Shown here in pieces: positions 24,995 through 38,590 of a stretch of 64,000 nucleotides of DNA; the first letter of the stretch is position 1, and each line of letters begins with the position of its first letter. Both the position numbers and the translations under genes were made by a program. Under the pieces are notes generated by a model, which was not told the DNA's origin, did not search any database, and saw nothing but the letters and a program-made list of their open reading frames with translations. The stretch is from Marsupella aquatica (lineage: Eukaryota > Plantae > Marchantiophyta), in NCBI GenBank assembly GCA_973895155.1, contig OZ316892.1, positions 62,001 through 126,000 of the forward strand, in the 5' to 3' direction.

Positions 24995-25410
24995 TATTGG
25001 ATTACCCCAGCATTTGCTTCGTATCTATGCGTAGGATACCCCGACATTTGCTTTGTATCTATGCGTAGGATTACCCCAGCTTTTGTATCCATGGGTGTGG
25101 CCAATTTCCGAACATTAACCTTACTAGTACTTTATTAATTATAAGATTACCCCGGCTTGCGTTTCGTATCCTTGTGTAGGATTACCCCAGCTTTTGTATC
25201 CATGTGTATGGCACAAATCTTGAACATTAATTAATGTACATTTATTGATGGATAAGATTACCCCAACTTTCGTATCCGTGTGTATGGCACAATATCCCAA
25301 GATTAACCTGTCTAGTACATTGCTTCGTGATTGGATTACCTCGAGGTTCGGACGTATTCCTAACATTAACCTTAGTTGTACATTACTCGATTATTAGATT
25401 ACCCTGAATT
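24995..25410. repeat. Degenerate short tandem repeats (GATTACCCC...TTTGTATC core)
   Basis: Repeated 'ggattaccccagc.tttg.atc' and 'aacattaacct' motifs. Confidence 0.65.
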
Positions 25411-27723
25411 GTACACGTATATGGCCCAATTTCCTAATATGAACCATAATACCGCATTACATGACCTCAACTTTTGTATCTCTTATTGACAATGGCCGCT
25501 TATCATGTAAACAGAGTCAAGAGTGTGTGGTTTTCTCAAAATACCCAGCCTTGTTCTTTTTCTTTAAACAGTGTTGTGTGGGTTTATCAGAATACTTGGC
25601 CTTGTTCCTTTACAGATGAACACCTATTTAAGATTAAGAGTGTACCAAGGGTTAGCACGAGGTGCAATACAATGCCCACAACAAGATAGATTAGGCAACC
25701 ATACTACCCTGTTGTGCCTATTTGTTCCCAAACAAACCTTCACCCCTAACCCCTACTAGAAGGTTGCCCATTCAACCTCCTTACAGTAGCAGGCTGAACA
25801 GAAATCAACATTGATTCTATATCAATCAACATCCGCCACAATGTTAATTCACTTTTTGAAGAGGGGAAAAAAAGTTCAGTTGAATTCAAAATGGTGAATT
25901 CTTGCTCAAGCCAAAAACGTCATCCATTACACAAAAGTTTCTATTCATGTAAGGAAATAGTTCTTCAATGTTGAACGAAGACTTCTCTGAGCAACATCAC
26001 ATCATGTGCTCAGCGTGAAGAGTCCTGGTGATAAACTTGCTGCTGGTTTCTACTCCCCAAGGGATCCAACGTTCAGCTCCCGTGCACCTGCAGTCAGAGG
26101 TAGGTTTTAATTGAACTCATGTATCCTCATCCGATCACTACAAGCAAGGGCAATGTCAAGGTAGCAACCATTTCAGCTACATCTTAAATGGCCATATGTT
26201 GCATCACCTACAATCGTCTATACAAAAGTTCAGCTTAGTTACGCTTCAATTTTGTGTACAAGGATGTGTAAAATCTGCCAATGAACTATAACAGTAATAA
26301 GAGCACCAGACTTTGAGCTGCTCACCATCTACAGGGGATATTTGTGGACCACATTATACCCAAAGCACAAGTTTTTAGTGTTGCACCCACAAAACTCACC
26401 ACCTACACCATGAATTGATGACAAATCCACCATACACACAAGAGAAGACAACAGTTCCAGCTTATTGTGGGAATACCACACATCCCGAGTGGTACTGAAT
26501 ATGCAATCAATGAGGTCACACTTTTGCATCCATCCACAGCAATTCACCTTGCAATCATGAAATGGCGAGACCGTACCCTGCCTGTCATTGTGCTTTTGGT
26601 AAATTTTGCCAAATGCACCTCAGCTTCCTCCTCTTTGACTGTTGTTTTCGGGTTCAACAGTTGTATCCCCTTCACCAGTTCATACAGGATGTTCACTCCA
26701 GTCCACCGTCTCATTGGAGGAGTCCAAAACAACAGCTGACTCTTGTTCCGGCTCGAGTTGGGGTTCTGGGAAAAGCTCAACTTCAAGGTTGGGTGCTATA
26801 CCCTTGACCTCATGCCAAGTCACCTCCCATAAACTATACCCACTTATACTACTCCGTTGCACAAGGACTCCTTCTTTGTGCATGATAACAACTTGTTCTT
26901 ATACTACTCCGTTGCACAAGGACTCCTTCTTTGTGCATGATAGCAACTTGTTCTTCAGCAACTCAGGAATGACATCTTCCAACTTTTCACTGCTTTTTCC
27001 CCTGAGTCGGGGCTGAATCTACATATCCAATCAGCCCACCACAGCCAGCCATATTGCTCAAAAACTAGGCAGCTAGCCCGAAGAGCTTACTGTTCACTTG
27101 CAGCACAATCTTGGACAATAACCGGGAAATCAATTGCAAGGACGCATCCATACCACGATACTCTATGGCTAGATGTCTGACACCAACATCCAACACATCA
27201 TGAAGCATCACAAACATAACCTGGTGAAAGAAAAGGCCACATATTGTTAGAGGAAGCTGGACATTATATGCAGAGGAGGATATACACCGCTGCAATCACA
27301 ATATGGTCAATTTCCGAACTTCCTTTCTCTCTTCTGCCCACATACTCGTGTCAGAACTTGTGCTATGCAAAGCCATATCTCACCCACTTGTTATGTGCCC
27401 ATAGATGCATCCTTTTTTAGGCCCTGTGTGGTGCATACACTATCAGCATTCTCGTCACCTGCATCTCATATCCAATGGGAGTAAACCTTAGCCTACTTCA
27501 AATACAATTTTACAGAGTGACCCGCTAAAACATGTACGGCACATACGCACCTCTTTGCACACCACCAACTGGAGGTTTTGCAAATGCTTGGGCAACATGG
27601 TGGCAGAGGATGTCATTAGCTCAGCTCAAGTGGCCTCCAATCACTCGTCATAACTGTAAGAGTCTCAAAGCCTGCCTCAAAAGCCTCTAGATGGCGAGCA
27701 ATGTGCCTTAATTTGTGAATGCT

Positions 27724-30700
27724 CTATCGTCTCGGCCTTCCTACTGCCTGTTGCCTAGACAACCTGAGTCGCTCCTCTTTCAGTACTTCCTGCAATATTG
27801 CGTTATCCTTTTTTCCGCTACTCAAACTTCCGTGTACGCATTCATCAATCAGTGTCCTCTTTCTCTGTTGTACATGCCACAATGTCTCCTCAATAGTATT
27901 CCTCATTAGGAAATGTGTAACAAACACTTCTTTTGTCTGCCCTAGACGATGAGTTCTGTCCACTGCTTGATCTTCTGCTGTTGGATTCCACCATATATCT
28001 GTAAAGAGTACATGATTGGCAGCCGTGATATTTAATCCCGTATTGGCAGCCTTTAATGACAGTAGGGCGACTTGTATCTGAATCAATCCAGTGTAGTGAA
28101 ATGCTTAGTGAGTGACCGATGTACAATTTCTCAAAAACATGCACCAAAACAACCTATATGGGGTGCTTTATGCATACCTGGTGAGATTCGGCAAAGTCTC
28201 TCAGATTTTGGTCACGCTTCTCCAAACTCATGCTTCCGTCCACCCTTGTGAACTGGATGTTTGCACTTTCAAGAGTTCCTTGTAACAAGTCAATTAAGCC
28301 GGTCCATTGAGAAAACACAATGGTCTTATCGTCACTTCCAGACTCTCGCAGCTCGTTCAAGTAAGACATGACACCGTCAATTTTGGGTGATGGCCCAGAA
28401 GTATGAAAACCGAGAATTTCCAAGTCCTCCTCTGCCAATTCAGTGCCAGACGACGTACATATATCACATACTCTGTACACCGTACTCCATGAAATTTGCT
28501 GCTTACAGTGTGGTGCTCCGCATATTATGTCCTCTTCCAGCGGATCAAAATAACAAGCTGAACTGGAACAGTAATAGTGACCACAGATGGAAATCATGGG
28601 GTCATCAAAAAGCTCACCTTGCAAATATTACAAAAATGGATTTCAAAGTTAGTGTGCAATGTCAAATGTTTCACCAATCGCCACCGGTTGAACAACACTC
28701 CCACGGGGTACTGGATTTACAAATAGGATTTACTATGTGCGAAAAATCACCTGGCACTTGTTACAAGTCACCCCTTCTGGAGCATCCAACAACTTGTTTA
28801 CCAATTCGCCTGAACGGACTCCATCGGGTTGGATCTTGGGAGTATTCACACTATCTTCTTTTTCATTGTGAAAGACAAGGTCACGATGCCCACAGTGGCG
28901 TCTCATTCTCAGCATCAACGACAGCAATTTAGCTTTCTCTTTCTTATTTCCCTTCTGTGAAGCCCACAAATCGACCCGGTTGAGTAATTGTACAAAACAA
29001 CAGGGCAACCACGGTATCTGTGCACAATTGAAGAATGACAAAGTACACCCACATAGGGTGGGCCAAACTTTGGACATACCGAGTCTTCCGCTGCACTCCT
29101 TGCCTCTAATTTCTTATACACTATGGCATCGCCTTCAACTAAAAAGTCGAGATGAGCTACTCTTACATGCTTCTTAGGTAGATTCAGGATACCTGCAAAC
29201 AAAACATGTCCAGCTATAAGATTGCATACAAACATACAACACATCGAAATCCATATGAAATTCAACCAATTCCAAATAATGGAAAAGTCCAATTCCAACA
29301 CATGTGAACATTGTAGTTGTAGTTGTCTTACTCTTATCTCTTCTCAATGTAATGGCCCTCAGCTCCTTGTGTAGTATTGCGTGTCCAGCTTTCCTACTTT
29401 TTGCAATATGCTGCCTCAAAATCTTGAACCGGTCTATGTCACAGTAAGGGGGGTATCCAAGAAATTTGAAATAACTGTATGCCTCCCAAGTAGAATTTGA
29501 CACAGGAGTTCCACTTACACACCATCTGCTTCTTGCATGTAGGTTGCAAGCAGCTAATGCTCTGCCATTCCTATGGTTTGAGATTGCCTGACACTCGTCT
29601 AGAATCACCCTGTACCATTGTACCTGCTCCAGGCAAGGAGGCAATGGATCCTTCGTTTTCTTGGGTGTTGGCTCCACAGGAATTTTTTGACTTAATTTCC
29701 CTTTCCTTCTCAGTGTAGGTGGGTCCGTAGTGGAATGTTGGGCGAGAGTGCCATAAGTGGTAATTATAACATCGTATAAGGCCAACTGCTTTGGATCCAT
29801 ACATCTGTCCGACCCGTGAAATATTAACACCTTTACATTTGCCCTTGCAGTAGTTTTAGTGGTAATCTCACGTTTCCATTGAGTCATAACACTTCCAGGA
29901 CAAACGATAAGGGTCTTGCTTCTGGGTGGTCGATTGGTGACTAAGAGTGTAATCAGTTGAATTGTCTTCCCCATTCCCTACCAACAAATACAGTTAGTTC
30001 ATTTCATGCAATGGGGAAGAAAATTCCAAGTTCACACCACAAAAACACATGATGACCCTGAAGTCAATGCACAGCCCACTCAACATTAGGAAATGATGTG
30101 AGCTTTAGGGTTTTACCTGGTCATCTGCCAAAATACCCCCAAAACATTGGGAATCACCACTCTCCCTTGACAACATCCAGAATAGACCTTTCCGTTGATG
30201 TTGATAAACTGTCACATTTTGCATAAGCCCATCTGGTGGGCTTGCTTCTCCTGTGAAGTCCCTATCATCAATGTATTCCTGCAATGGTCACGGAATAACA
30301 GTCAGCCTTCTTAACCGGCTCTACTCATCCAAACTGAGTATTTGGACAAGACGCTGCGACATGGTTAGTTTACTCACTCGTTCCTCTGCTTGCGAAAAAG
30401 GTTGGACTCGGATTCGAGGAAAGTCCATCTCTGAATCTGAATCTGAACAGGAATTTGTGATTGTACGACGCACGGAGGTAGCGTCAATGTCAACATGATC
30501 CAAGCTATCCCCTTCATTATCAAAAGACCACAACAGTCATCGCCTTTTTGGGGGGTCCTCCAAATTAATGCGAGTCAATTGCGAGACCACAGACAGAGAA
30601 CAACTTGCAATCTCATCCCTCTGTACGCGATTTTTACATGGCACTGGCACTATTGTCATTTCATTGTTGGAGGTTGAACCAAGTAATGGACGTCCATGAG

Positions 30701-33700
30701 CTTGCCTCTTTGGTTCCGCAATGAACGGTATAACTGGTTCAGCGTTCGACACTTGCTTTCTCTTCAAATTCCTCATTGTACATTCCAACTCTTCAACCTT
30801 TGCAAAAGCTATGTGCAATTGGTCATCCTTGAATTTTAATTCTACTTTCTGAGTCAAAACTATTTGTTGCAAGTCTACATTCTCGCCCAATCTACAATGC
30901 ACCTGTTCAAGCTCTGCCATTGTACGCTCTAAGTCCAATTTCAAAGACTCCACGTTAGTGCGCTGAGTATTGCGTTCGGCAGTGCACTTTGCTACCTCAT
31001 TTCTCAGTTCCCCCATGCACATTTTGTTCTCCTTCAAAGCTTTGTGAGCAATTGCGTATTCCGCCTTCAGCCTTGTCTATTTTACAAGTGCTCGTTGAAG
31101 GTCTTCCAACTTGCTCTGTGACTCTAATCTGAACAACTGAAGTTGTGTGCTCACATCATCTCGTTGTTTAGTGCGCCTTGCAAGTTCACTTTCCAATTCT
31201 TCCATGCGCATTTGGATATCCTTCAAAGCACATTCAGCACCTAAACATGATTCCATGCACACTGCCTGCTCTACAACCTTCCGTTGAACATCTTCAAACT
31301 TGCTTTCTAACGACAATTTCAACAACTCAAGTTCATTGATCGCGGCATCTCGTCCTGCAACACATCTTTCAAGGTCAGCACTCAATTCTGCCATGCGCTT
31401 ACTGGAGTCCTCCTTCCAACCTTGTTCAGCAGCTTGGTAATTGTCATTGCGCTTTGTCACCTGCACAAGCTTTTCTTCAAGGTCTTTCAACTTCCATTGT
31501 GACTGCAATTTGAACTCTTCAAATTTGCTGGTGACCGCATCTCGTTCTGTAGTGCCCATTTGAAGTTCAGCACTCAATTTTGCCATGCGTGATTGGTCCT
31601 CCTTCCAACCTTGTTTAGCAGCTTGGTATTTGTCATTGCGCTTTGTCACCTGCACAAGCTTTTCTTCAAGGTCTTTCAACTTCCATTGTGACTGCAATTT
31701 GAACTCTTCAAATTTGCTGGTGACCGCATCTCGTTCTGCAGTGCCCATTTGAAGTTCAACACTCAATTCTGCCATGCGTGATTGGTCCTCCTTCCAACCT
31801 TGTTCAGCAACTTGGTATTCGTCATTGCGCTTTGTCACCTGCACAAGCTTTTCTTCAAGGTCTTTCAACCTGCATTGTGACTGCAATTTGAACTCTTCAA
31901 ATTTGTTGGTGATTGCATCTCGTCCTGTAGTGCCCATTTGAAGTTCAACACTCAATTCTGCCATGCGTGATTGGTCCTTCTTCCAACCTTGTTCAGCAGC
32001 TTGGTATTCGTCATTGCGCTTTGTCACCTGCACAAGATTTTCTTCAAGGTCTTTCAACCTGCATTGTGACTGCAATTTGAACTCTTCAAATTTGCTAGTG
32101 ACCGCATCTTGTTCCGCAGTGCCCATTTGAAGTTCAGCACTCAATTTTGTCATGCGCGATTGGTCCTCCTTCCAACCTTGTTCAGCAGCTTGGTATTCGT
32201 CATTGCGCTTTGTCACCTGCACAAGATTTTCTTCAAGGTCTTTCAACGTGCATTGTGACTGCAATTTGAACTCTTCAAATTTGTTGGTGATTGCATCTCG
32301 TCCTGTAGTGCCCATTTGAAGTTCAACACTCAATTCTGCCATGCGTGATTGGTCCTTCTTCCAACCTTGTTCAGCAGGTTGGTATTCGTCATTGCACATT
32401 GTCACCTGCATAAGCTTTTCTTCAAGGTCTTTCAACCTGGACTGTGACTGCAATTTGAACTCTTCAAATTCGCTAGTGACCGCATCTCGTTCCGCAGTGC
32501 CCATTTGAAGTTCAGCACTCAATTTTGTCATGCACGATTGGTCCTCCTTCCAACCTTGTTCAGTAGCTTGGTATTCGTCATTGCGCTTTGTCACCTGCAC
32601 AAGATTTTCTTCAAGGTCTTTCAACCTGCATTGTGACTGCAATTTGAACTCTTCAAATTTGTTGGTGATCGCATCTCGTCCTGTAGTGCCCATTTGAAGT
32701 TCAACACTCAATTCTGCCATGCGTGATTGGTCCTTCTTCCAACCTTGTTCAGCAGCTTGGTATTCGTCATTGCGCATTGTCACCTGCATAAGCTTTTCTT
32801 CAAGGTCTTTCAACCTGGACTGTGACTGCAATTTGAACTCTTCAAATTCGCTAGTGACCGCATCTCGTTCCGCAGTGCCCATTTGAAGTTTAGCACTCAA
32901 TTTTGTCATGCGCGATTGGTCCTCCTTCCAACCTTGTTCAGCAGCTTGGTATTCGTCATTGCGCTTTGTCACCTGCACAAGATTTTCTTCAAGGTCTTTC
33001 AACCTGCATTGTGACTGCAATTTGAACTCTTCAAATTTGTTGGTGATTGCATCTCGTCCTGTAGTGCCCATTTGAAGTTCAACACTCAATTTTGCCATGC
33101 GTGATTGGTCCTTCTTCCAACCTTGTTCAGTAGCTTGGTATTCGTCATTGCGCATTGTCACCCGCACAAGCTTTTCTTCAAGGTCTTCCAACCTGCATTG
33201 TGATTGCAATTTGAACACCTCAAATTCTCTGGTGACCGCATCTCGTCCTGCATTGCATATTTCTTGTTCAGCACTCAAATTTGCCATGCACGATTGGTTC
33301 TCATTCCAACCTTCTCCAGCATCTTCATATTCGTCATTTCGCATTGTCTGTGCCGTCAACTCCCCTTCAAGGTCATCAATCCTGCCTTCTAACTTTGATT
33401 CCGATGACTGAAGTTTACATTGAATAGGTTGAGGTTGGGTTTCCCTTCTTGTAGTACCCTCGTTGCCAACATTTGGCCCCAATATAAGGCTTTCCCATGA
33501 AAATCCCCAATGTAGCAGCAACTATGTAATAGCAGTCCCACAATAAGCGGGGAACGCCTTTGACTCACGAATATTCCTCATACCCTGAAGGTGTTTCTTG
33601 AATTTACTTATTTCCAAAGCCAATTCATCGTAAACTAAATCACTCCAATCTGGTAGCAATTTTGGCACAGGGCCTGCTAGTCTTTTTCCCTTGGGCAAAG

Positions 33701-34362
33701 TACCACACAAATACCAGTAGAAATAACTCAATTGTTTCGCTGATAACTGTGAAGGCTTCTCCTTACCCAGCAGAATTTCCTGCACCACTCTAATTGCCCC
33801 ATACCATCTATCATACGGAGCTCTCAAAAGCTTTAAACTATAGGGATTCCCTCTTATTCGTGGACGAACAAACAAATCATTGAATTCAGGACAATGCATT
33901 CTCTGCCTATACTTGGCGAATGTACCAGATGGCAGCTTGAATGCCGCACGTAACACATCTTGTGTGATTTTCAATGAACATCCTCGGAATTCACTGGATT
34001 TTGATGCATAATCAAATCCCAACACAAACTCCTTCACCCCACATACGGCTGTTATGTTGTAATCAATCCCAAAAGTTTGTTGCAGACCAAGGTTGAAAAT
34101 CATTGACGATCGAGTTGGATCACCTCCCACCAAACTGCGAATTCGTTCCGGTGTGCAGGAATGCCACAACGTTCCAGTGCCGCCTGTTTCAATTCCAACC
34201 CACGGATTGTCAAAATGTTCCACATATCATCACTAAACCACAATGCAAAATTCAACTATATGCAATGATGACCAACTATTAAGTATTGTAATCCAAACCT
34301 TCCTTTTCCACCTCCTTGTAGGGCTGGACCTCGTCGTAAGGTGACTCTGCCTTGTCCTCCAT
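27724..34362 (-). pseudogene. Chimeric gene: transposon-type N-terminal domain + 63-aa coiled-coil repeats + SNF2 helicase with RING finger (RAD5/16 group, CHR27/CHR28-like); several in-frame stops
   Basis: ORFs 33522..34223, 31077..33521, 30537..31037 and 30321..30533 share one frame, separated by single stops. Spliced motif I is FGGILADDQ|GMGKT (donor after 30117, acceptor before 29977). Other motifs are ILDECQ, RWCVSGTPVSN, RING CNKC..CGHYYC..C..CGAPHC, KTIVFSQWT, and LKAANTGLNITAANHV..DIWWNPTAEDQAVDRTHRLGQ. A possible short first exon starts at ATG 34362. Confidence 0.85.
31380..33300 (-). repeat. Coding tandem repeat, 189-bp (63-aa) unit; ~9 near-identical copies plus diverged flanking copies
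   Basis: 'gactgcaatttgaactcttcaaatt' recurs every 189 bp (e.g. 31501, 31690). The protein unit is EEFKLQSQCRLKDLEE...LQMGT..RDA.T..F. Confidence 0.95.
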
Positions 34363-34768
34363 GTTTTGGATCTGCTGTGCTTGAAATTCACTTCTGTCGT
34401 ATGAAAGGTAGTCCAATTAAGTAAACCCTAATCCTATCACCAACACATTGCCGTGAGCAACTCATGAGGCTTACTCGACGGAAGGAGGGTATTGACACGC
34501 AAGGAGCCTCTCAAAACATGACAGATTCCATTTCTGCAAAGCTGCTTGTTGCTCTATTGGATGCTGTCAATCCATGTACTTAAACTTAAACTCCTTGTTG
34601 TGAAGAAACGTTCCCTTTGTTATGAAGCGTCTTGTCCAAGTCACTGCCAACCTTTCTGGAATCCGGAAGATGCGAACTAAAATGCTCCTATATTGTCAAC
34701 ACCCCATAAGCACCAAAGTTGTGCATAGTTGGTGCTCGGGTAAAGGGCGTTGAATTGTACAGTCCTTC

Positions 34769-36737
34769 TGCATTACCCGAGCACACTGTGGCTGTGCGTT
34801 ATAGAATACCCCATCCCTCGTACCCCCAACCTTCAAAATACTGTAATTTGATACATACATACCCTTCGGTGCACATTGACATTGTTTTGCATTACCCCAG
34901 AACATGGTGGTTGTGGGTTTTGGAAAACCCCATCCCTCGTACCCCCCAACCTTCAAAATACTATAATTTGATAATACATGTACCCTTTGGAACACATTGG
35001 CACTTGCATTACCTCATGGTGGTTGTGCGTTTTGGAATACCCCATCCCTCGTACCTCAACCTTCAAAATACTGTAATTTGATACATACATACCCTTCAGA
35101 GCACATTGGCACTTGCATTACCCCAGCACATGGTGGCTGTGCGTTTTGGAATACCCCATCCATCGTACCCCCCAACCTTCAATACTGTAATTTGATACAT
35201 ACGTACCCTTCGGTGCACATTTACATTTGCATTACCCTAGCACATGGTGGCTGTGCATTTTGGAATACCCCATCCCTCATACCCCTCAACCTTCAAAATA
35301 TTGTAATCTGATATATACATACCCCTTTGGAGCACATTGGCACTTGCATTACCCCAACACATGGTGGCTGTGAGTTTTGGAATACCCCATCCGTCGTACC
35401 CCCAACCTTTATAATACTGTAATTTGATAATACATGTACCCTTTGGAACACATTGGCACTTGCATAACCTCATGGTGGTTGTGCGTTTTGGAATACCCCA
35501 TCCCTCGTACCTCAACCTTCAAAATACTGTAATTTGATACATACATACCCTTCAGAGCACATTGGCACTTGCATTACCCGAGCACTTGGTGACTATGCGT
35601 TTTGGAATACCCCATCCCTCGTACCTCAACCTTCAAAATACTGTAATTTGATATATACATACCCTTCGGAGCACATTGGCACTTGCATTACCCCAGGACA
35701 TGGTGGCTGTGCATTTTGGAATACCCCATCCCTCATACCCCTCAACCTTCAAAATACTGTAATTTGATATATACATGTACCCTTTGGAACACATTGGCAC
35801 TTGCATTACCTCATGGTGGTTGTGCGTTTTGGAATACCCCATCCCTCATACCTCAACCTTCAAAATACTGTAATTTGATACATACATACCCTTCAGAGCA
35901 CATTGGCACTTGCATTACCCGAGCACTTGGTGACTATGCGTTTTGGAATACCCCATCCCTCATACCCCCCAACCTTCAAAATACTGTAATTTGATATATA
36001 CATACCCTTCGGAGCACATTGGCACTTGCATTACCCCAGCACATGGTGGCTGTGCGTTTTGGAATACCCCATCCCTCGTACCCCCAACCTTCAATACTGT
36101 AATTTGATACATACGTACCCTTCGATGCACATTTACATTTGCATTACCCCAGCACATGGTGGCTGTGCATTTTGGAATACCCCATCCCTCATACCCCTCA
36201 ACCTTCAAAATACTGTAATCTGATATATACATACCCTTTGGAGCACATTGGCACTTGCATTACCCCAGCACATGGTGGCTGTGAGTTTTGGAATACTCCA
36301 TCCGTCGTACCCCCCAACCTTCAAAATACTGTAATTTGATATATAGATACCCTTTGGAGCACATTGGCACTTGCATTACCCCAGCACATGGTGGCTATGC
36401 ATTTTGGAATACCCCATCCGTCGTACCACCCAACCTTCAAAATACTGTAATTTGAAACATACATATCCATCCGAGCACATGGACATTTGCATTACCCCAA
36501 CACATGGTGGCTGTGCATTTTGGAATACCCCATCCCTCATACCCCTCAACCTTCAAAATACTGTAATTTGATATATACATACCCTTCGGAGCACATTGGC
36601 ACTTGTATTACCCCACCACATGGTGGCTGTGAGTTTTGGAATACCCCATCCGTCGTACCCCCCAACCTTCAAAATATTGTAATTTGATACAAACATACCC
36701 TTTGGAGCACATTGACATTTGCATTACCCCAGCACAT
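34769..36737. repeat. Satellite array, ~112-116-bp unit, ~17 copies
   Basis: Unit: gcattaccccagcacatggtggctgtgcgttttggaataccccatccctcgtacccccaaccttcaaaatactgtaatttgatacatacatacccttcggagcacattggcactt. Confidence 0.95.
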
Positions 36738-37051
36738 AATTATATACAAGCCATCCGGATAGTGCACTGTGATGCCCGTTGAGCTCAAATTGCCATCGGA
36801 AGCTATGGGACAGATTGCTTGACAGAATTCCACAATTACTTGTTATACTGTATAGTTGATATATTCTTGTGTTCATTTTTCCTGTCCATTTGGAAATTGC
36901 ACAAATTAACAAAAGTATCCATAAAGGTCTGTCATCGTAGAAAGTGATGACATCAAGTCAATTTTGAGCACTCCCTCAGAGGTGTAATTGTTCAGCATTT
37001 GTAAATACCTTGCACTATATATCATGACTGTACACATTGAATTAGTTCTAC

Positions 37052-38590
37052 TCAGCCATTTCCCACGTCCAAATTTGAATGGTGACACTTTTGATACTAA
37101 CGGAGTTTGAAGGTTTCAACATGAATGCTATTGCTGCAAAAATGTTTAACCGGAAATGTTATGGGAGTTTACGGTTTAACCAGAAATGTTATGGGAGCCT
37201 ATGAGCGACAAGCACATTAAGTAACCAGATTGAAGACGGGCAATAGGAATTCTAGAAGCCCAATTATACTTCCCGACCATAATACCATCCCAACCATGGC
37301 GCAGAAGGGAATTTGAAGGCGGCAAGCACATTAAGGAACCAAATTGAAGGCGGACAGGAATTCTAGAAGGCCAATGCTTCCCAACTATAATACCAGCCCA
37401 ACCATGGCGTTGAAGGGAATTTGAAGAAAGTGATGACGTCAAGTCAATTTTAAGCACTCCCTCGGAGGTGTAATTGTTCAGCATTTGTAAATACCTCGCA
37501 CTATATATCACGACTGTACACATTGAATTAGTTCTAATCAGCCATTTCCCACATCCAAAATTGAATGGTGACACTTTTGATACTAACGGAGATTAAAGGT
37601 TTCGACATGAATGCTATTGCTGCAAAAATGTTTAACCGAAAATGTTATGGGAGTCGACTACGGTTTAACCAGAAATGTTATGGGAGCTAATCAGCCATTT
37701 CCCACGTCCAAAATTGAATGGTGACACTTTTGATACTAACAGAGATTAAAGGTTTCGACATGAATGCTATTGCTGCAAAAATATTTAACCGGAAATGTTA
37801 TGGGAGTCGACTACGGTTTAACCAGAAATGTTATGGGAGCTAATCAGCCATTTCCCACGTCCAAAATTGAATGGTGACACTTTTGACACTAACGTAGTTT
37901 AAAGGTTTCGACAGGAATGCTATTGCTGCAAAAATGTTTAACCAGAAATGTTATGGGAGTCGACTATAGTTTAACCGGAAATGTTATGGGAGCTAATCAG
38001 CCATTTCCCACGTCCAAATTGAATGGTGACACTTTTGATACTAACAGAGATTAAAGGTTTCGACAGGAATGCTATTGCTGCAAAAATGTTTAACCAGAAA
38101 TGTTATGGGAGTCGACTATAGTTTAACCGGAAATGTTATGGGAGCTAATCAGCCATTTCCCACGTCCAAATTGAATGGTGACACTTTTGATACTAACGGA
38201 GATTAAAGGTTTCAACATGAATGCTATTGCTGCAAAAATGTTTAACCGGAAATGTTATGGGAGTCTACGGTTTAATCGGAAATGTTATGGGAGTCTACAG
38301 TTTAACCGGAAAATTATGGGAGTCTACGGTTTAACCGGAAAATTATGTTATGGGAGCCTACGAGCGACAAGCACATTAAAGAACCAGATTGCAGACGGGC
38401 AATAGGAATTCTAGAAGACCAAATGAATACTTTCCGACCATAATACCAGCCCAACCATGGCACAAAAGGGAATTTGAAGGTGAAGAGCACATTAAGGAAC
38501 CAGATTGAAGGTGGGCGGCAGGAATTCTAGAAAGCCAATCTTTTCCGACTAAAATACCACCCCAACCATAGTGCAGAAGGGAAGGGTCTG
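37052..38590. repeat. Composite tandem array: ~153-bp units plus ~120-bp units; dispersed copies at ~41650 and ~42190-42480
   Basis: 'cagccatttcccacgtccaaaattgaatggtgacacttttgatactaac...gtttaaccggaaatgttatgggag' starts at ~37052, 37539, 37692, 37846, 37998 and 38149. 'gcacattaaggaaccagattgaag...ggaattctagaag' occurs at ~37211-37430 and 38370-38580. Confidence 0.9.

Noticed and set aside
9818-33524. In-frame stops restored by U-to-C RNA editing or readthrough
   Set aside because: Plant U-to-C editing is organellar, and these are nuclear intron-containing genes. Mutational decay is the simpler explanation.
34769-38590. Regularly spaced repeats as a possible CRISPR array, and the many short ORFs across them
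   Set aside because: The units repeat along their whole length with no unique spacers, there are no cas genes and the context is eukaryotic. The ORFs are by-products of the satellite.
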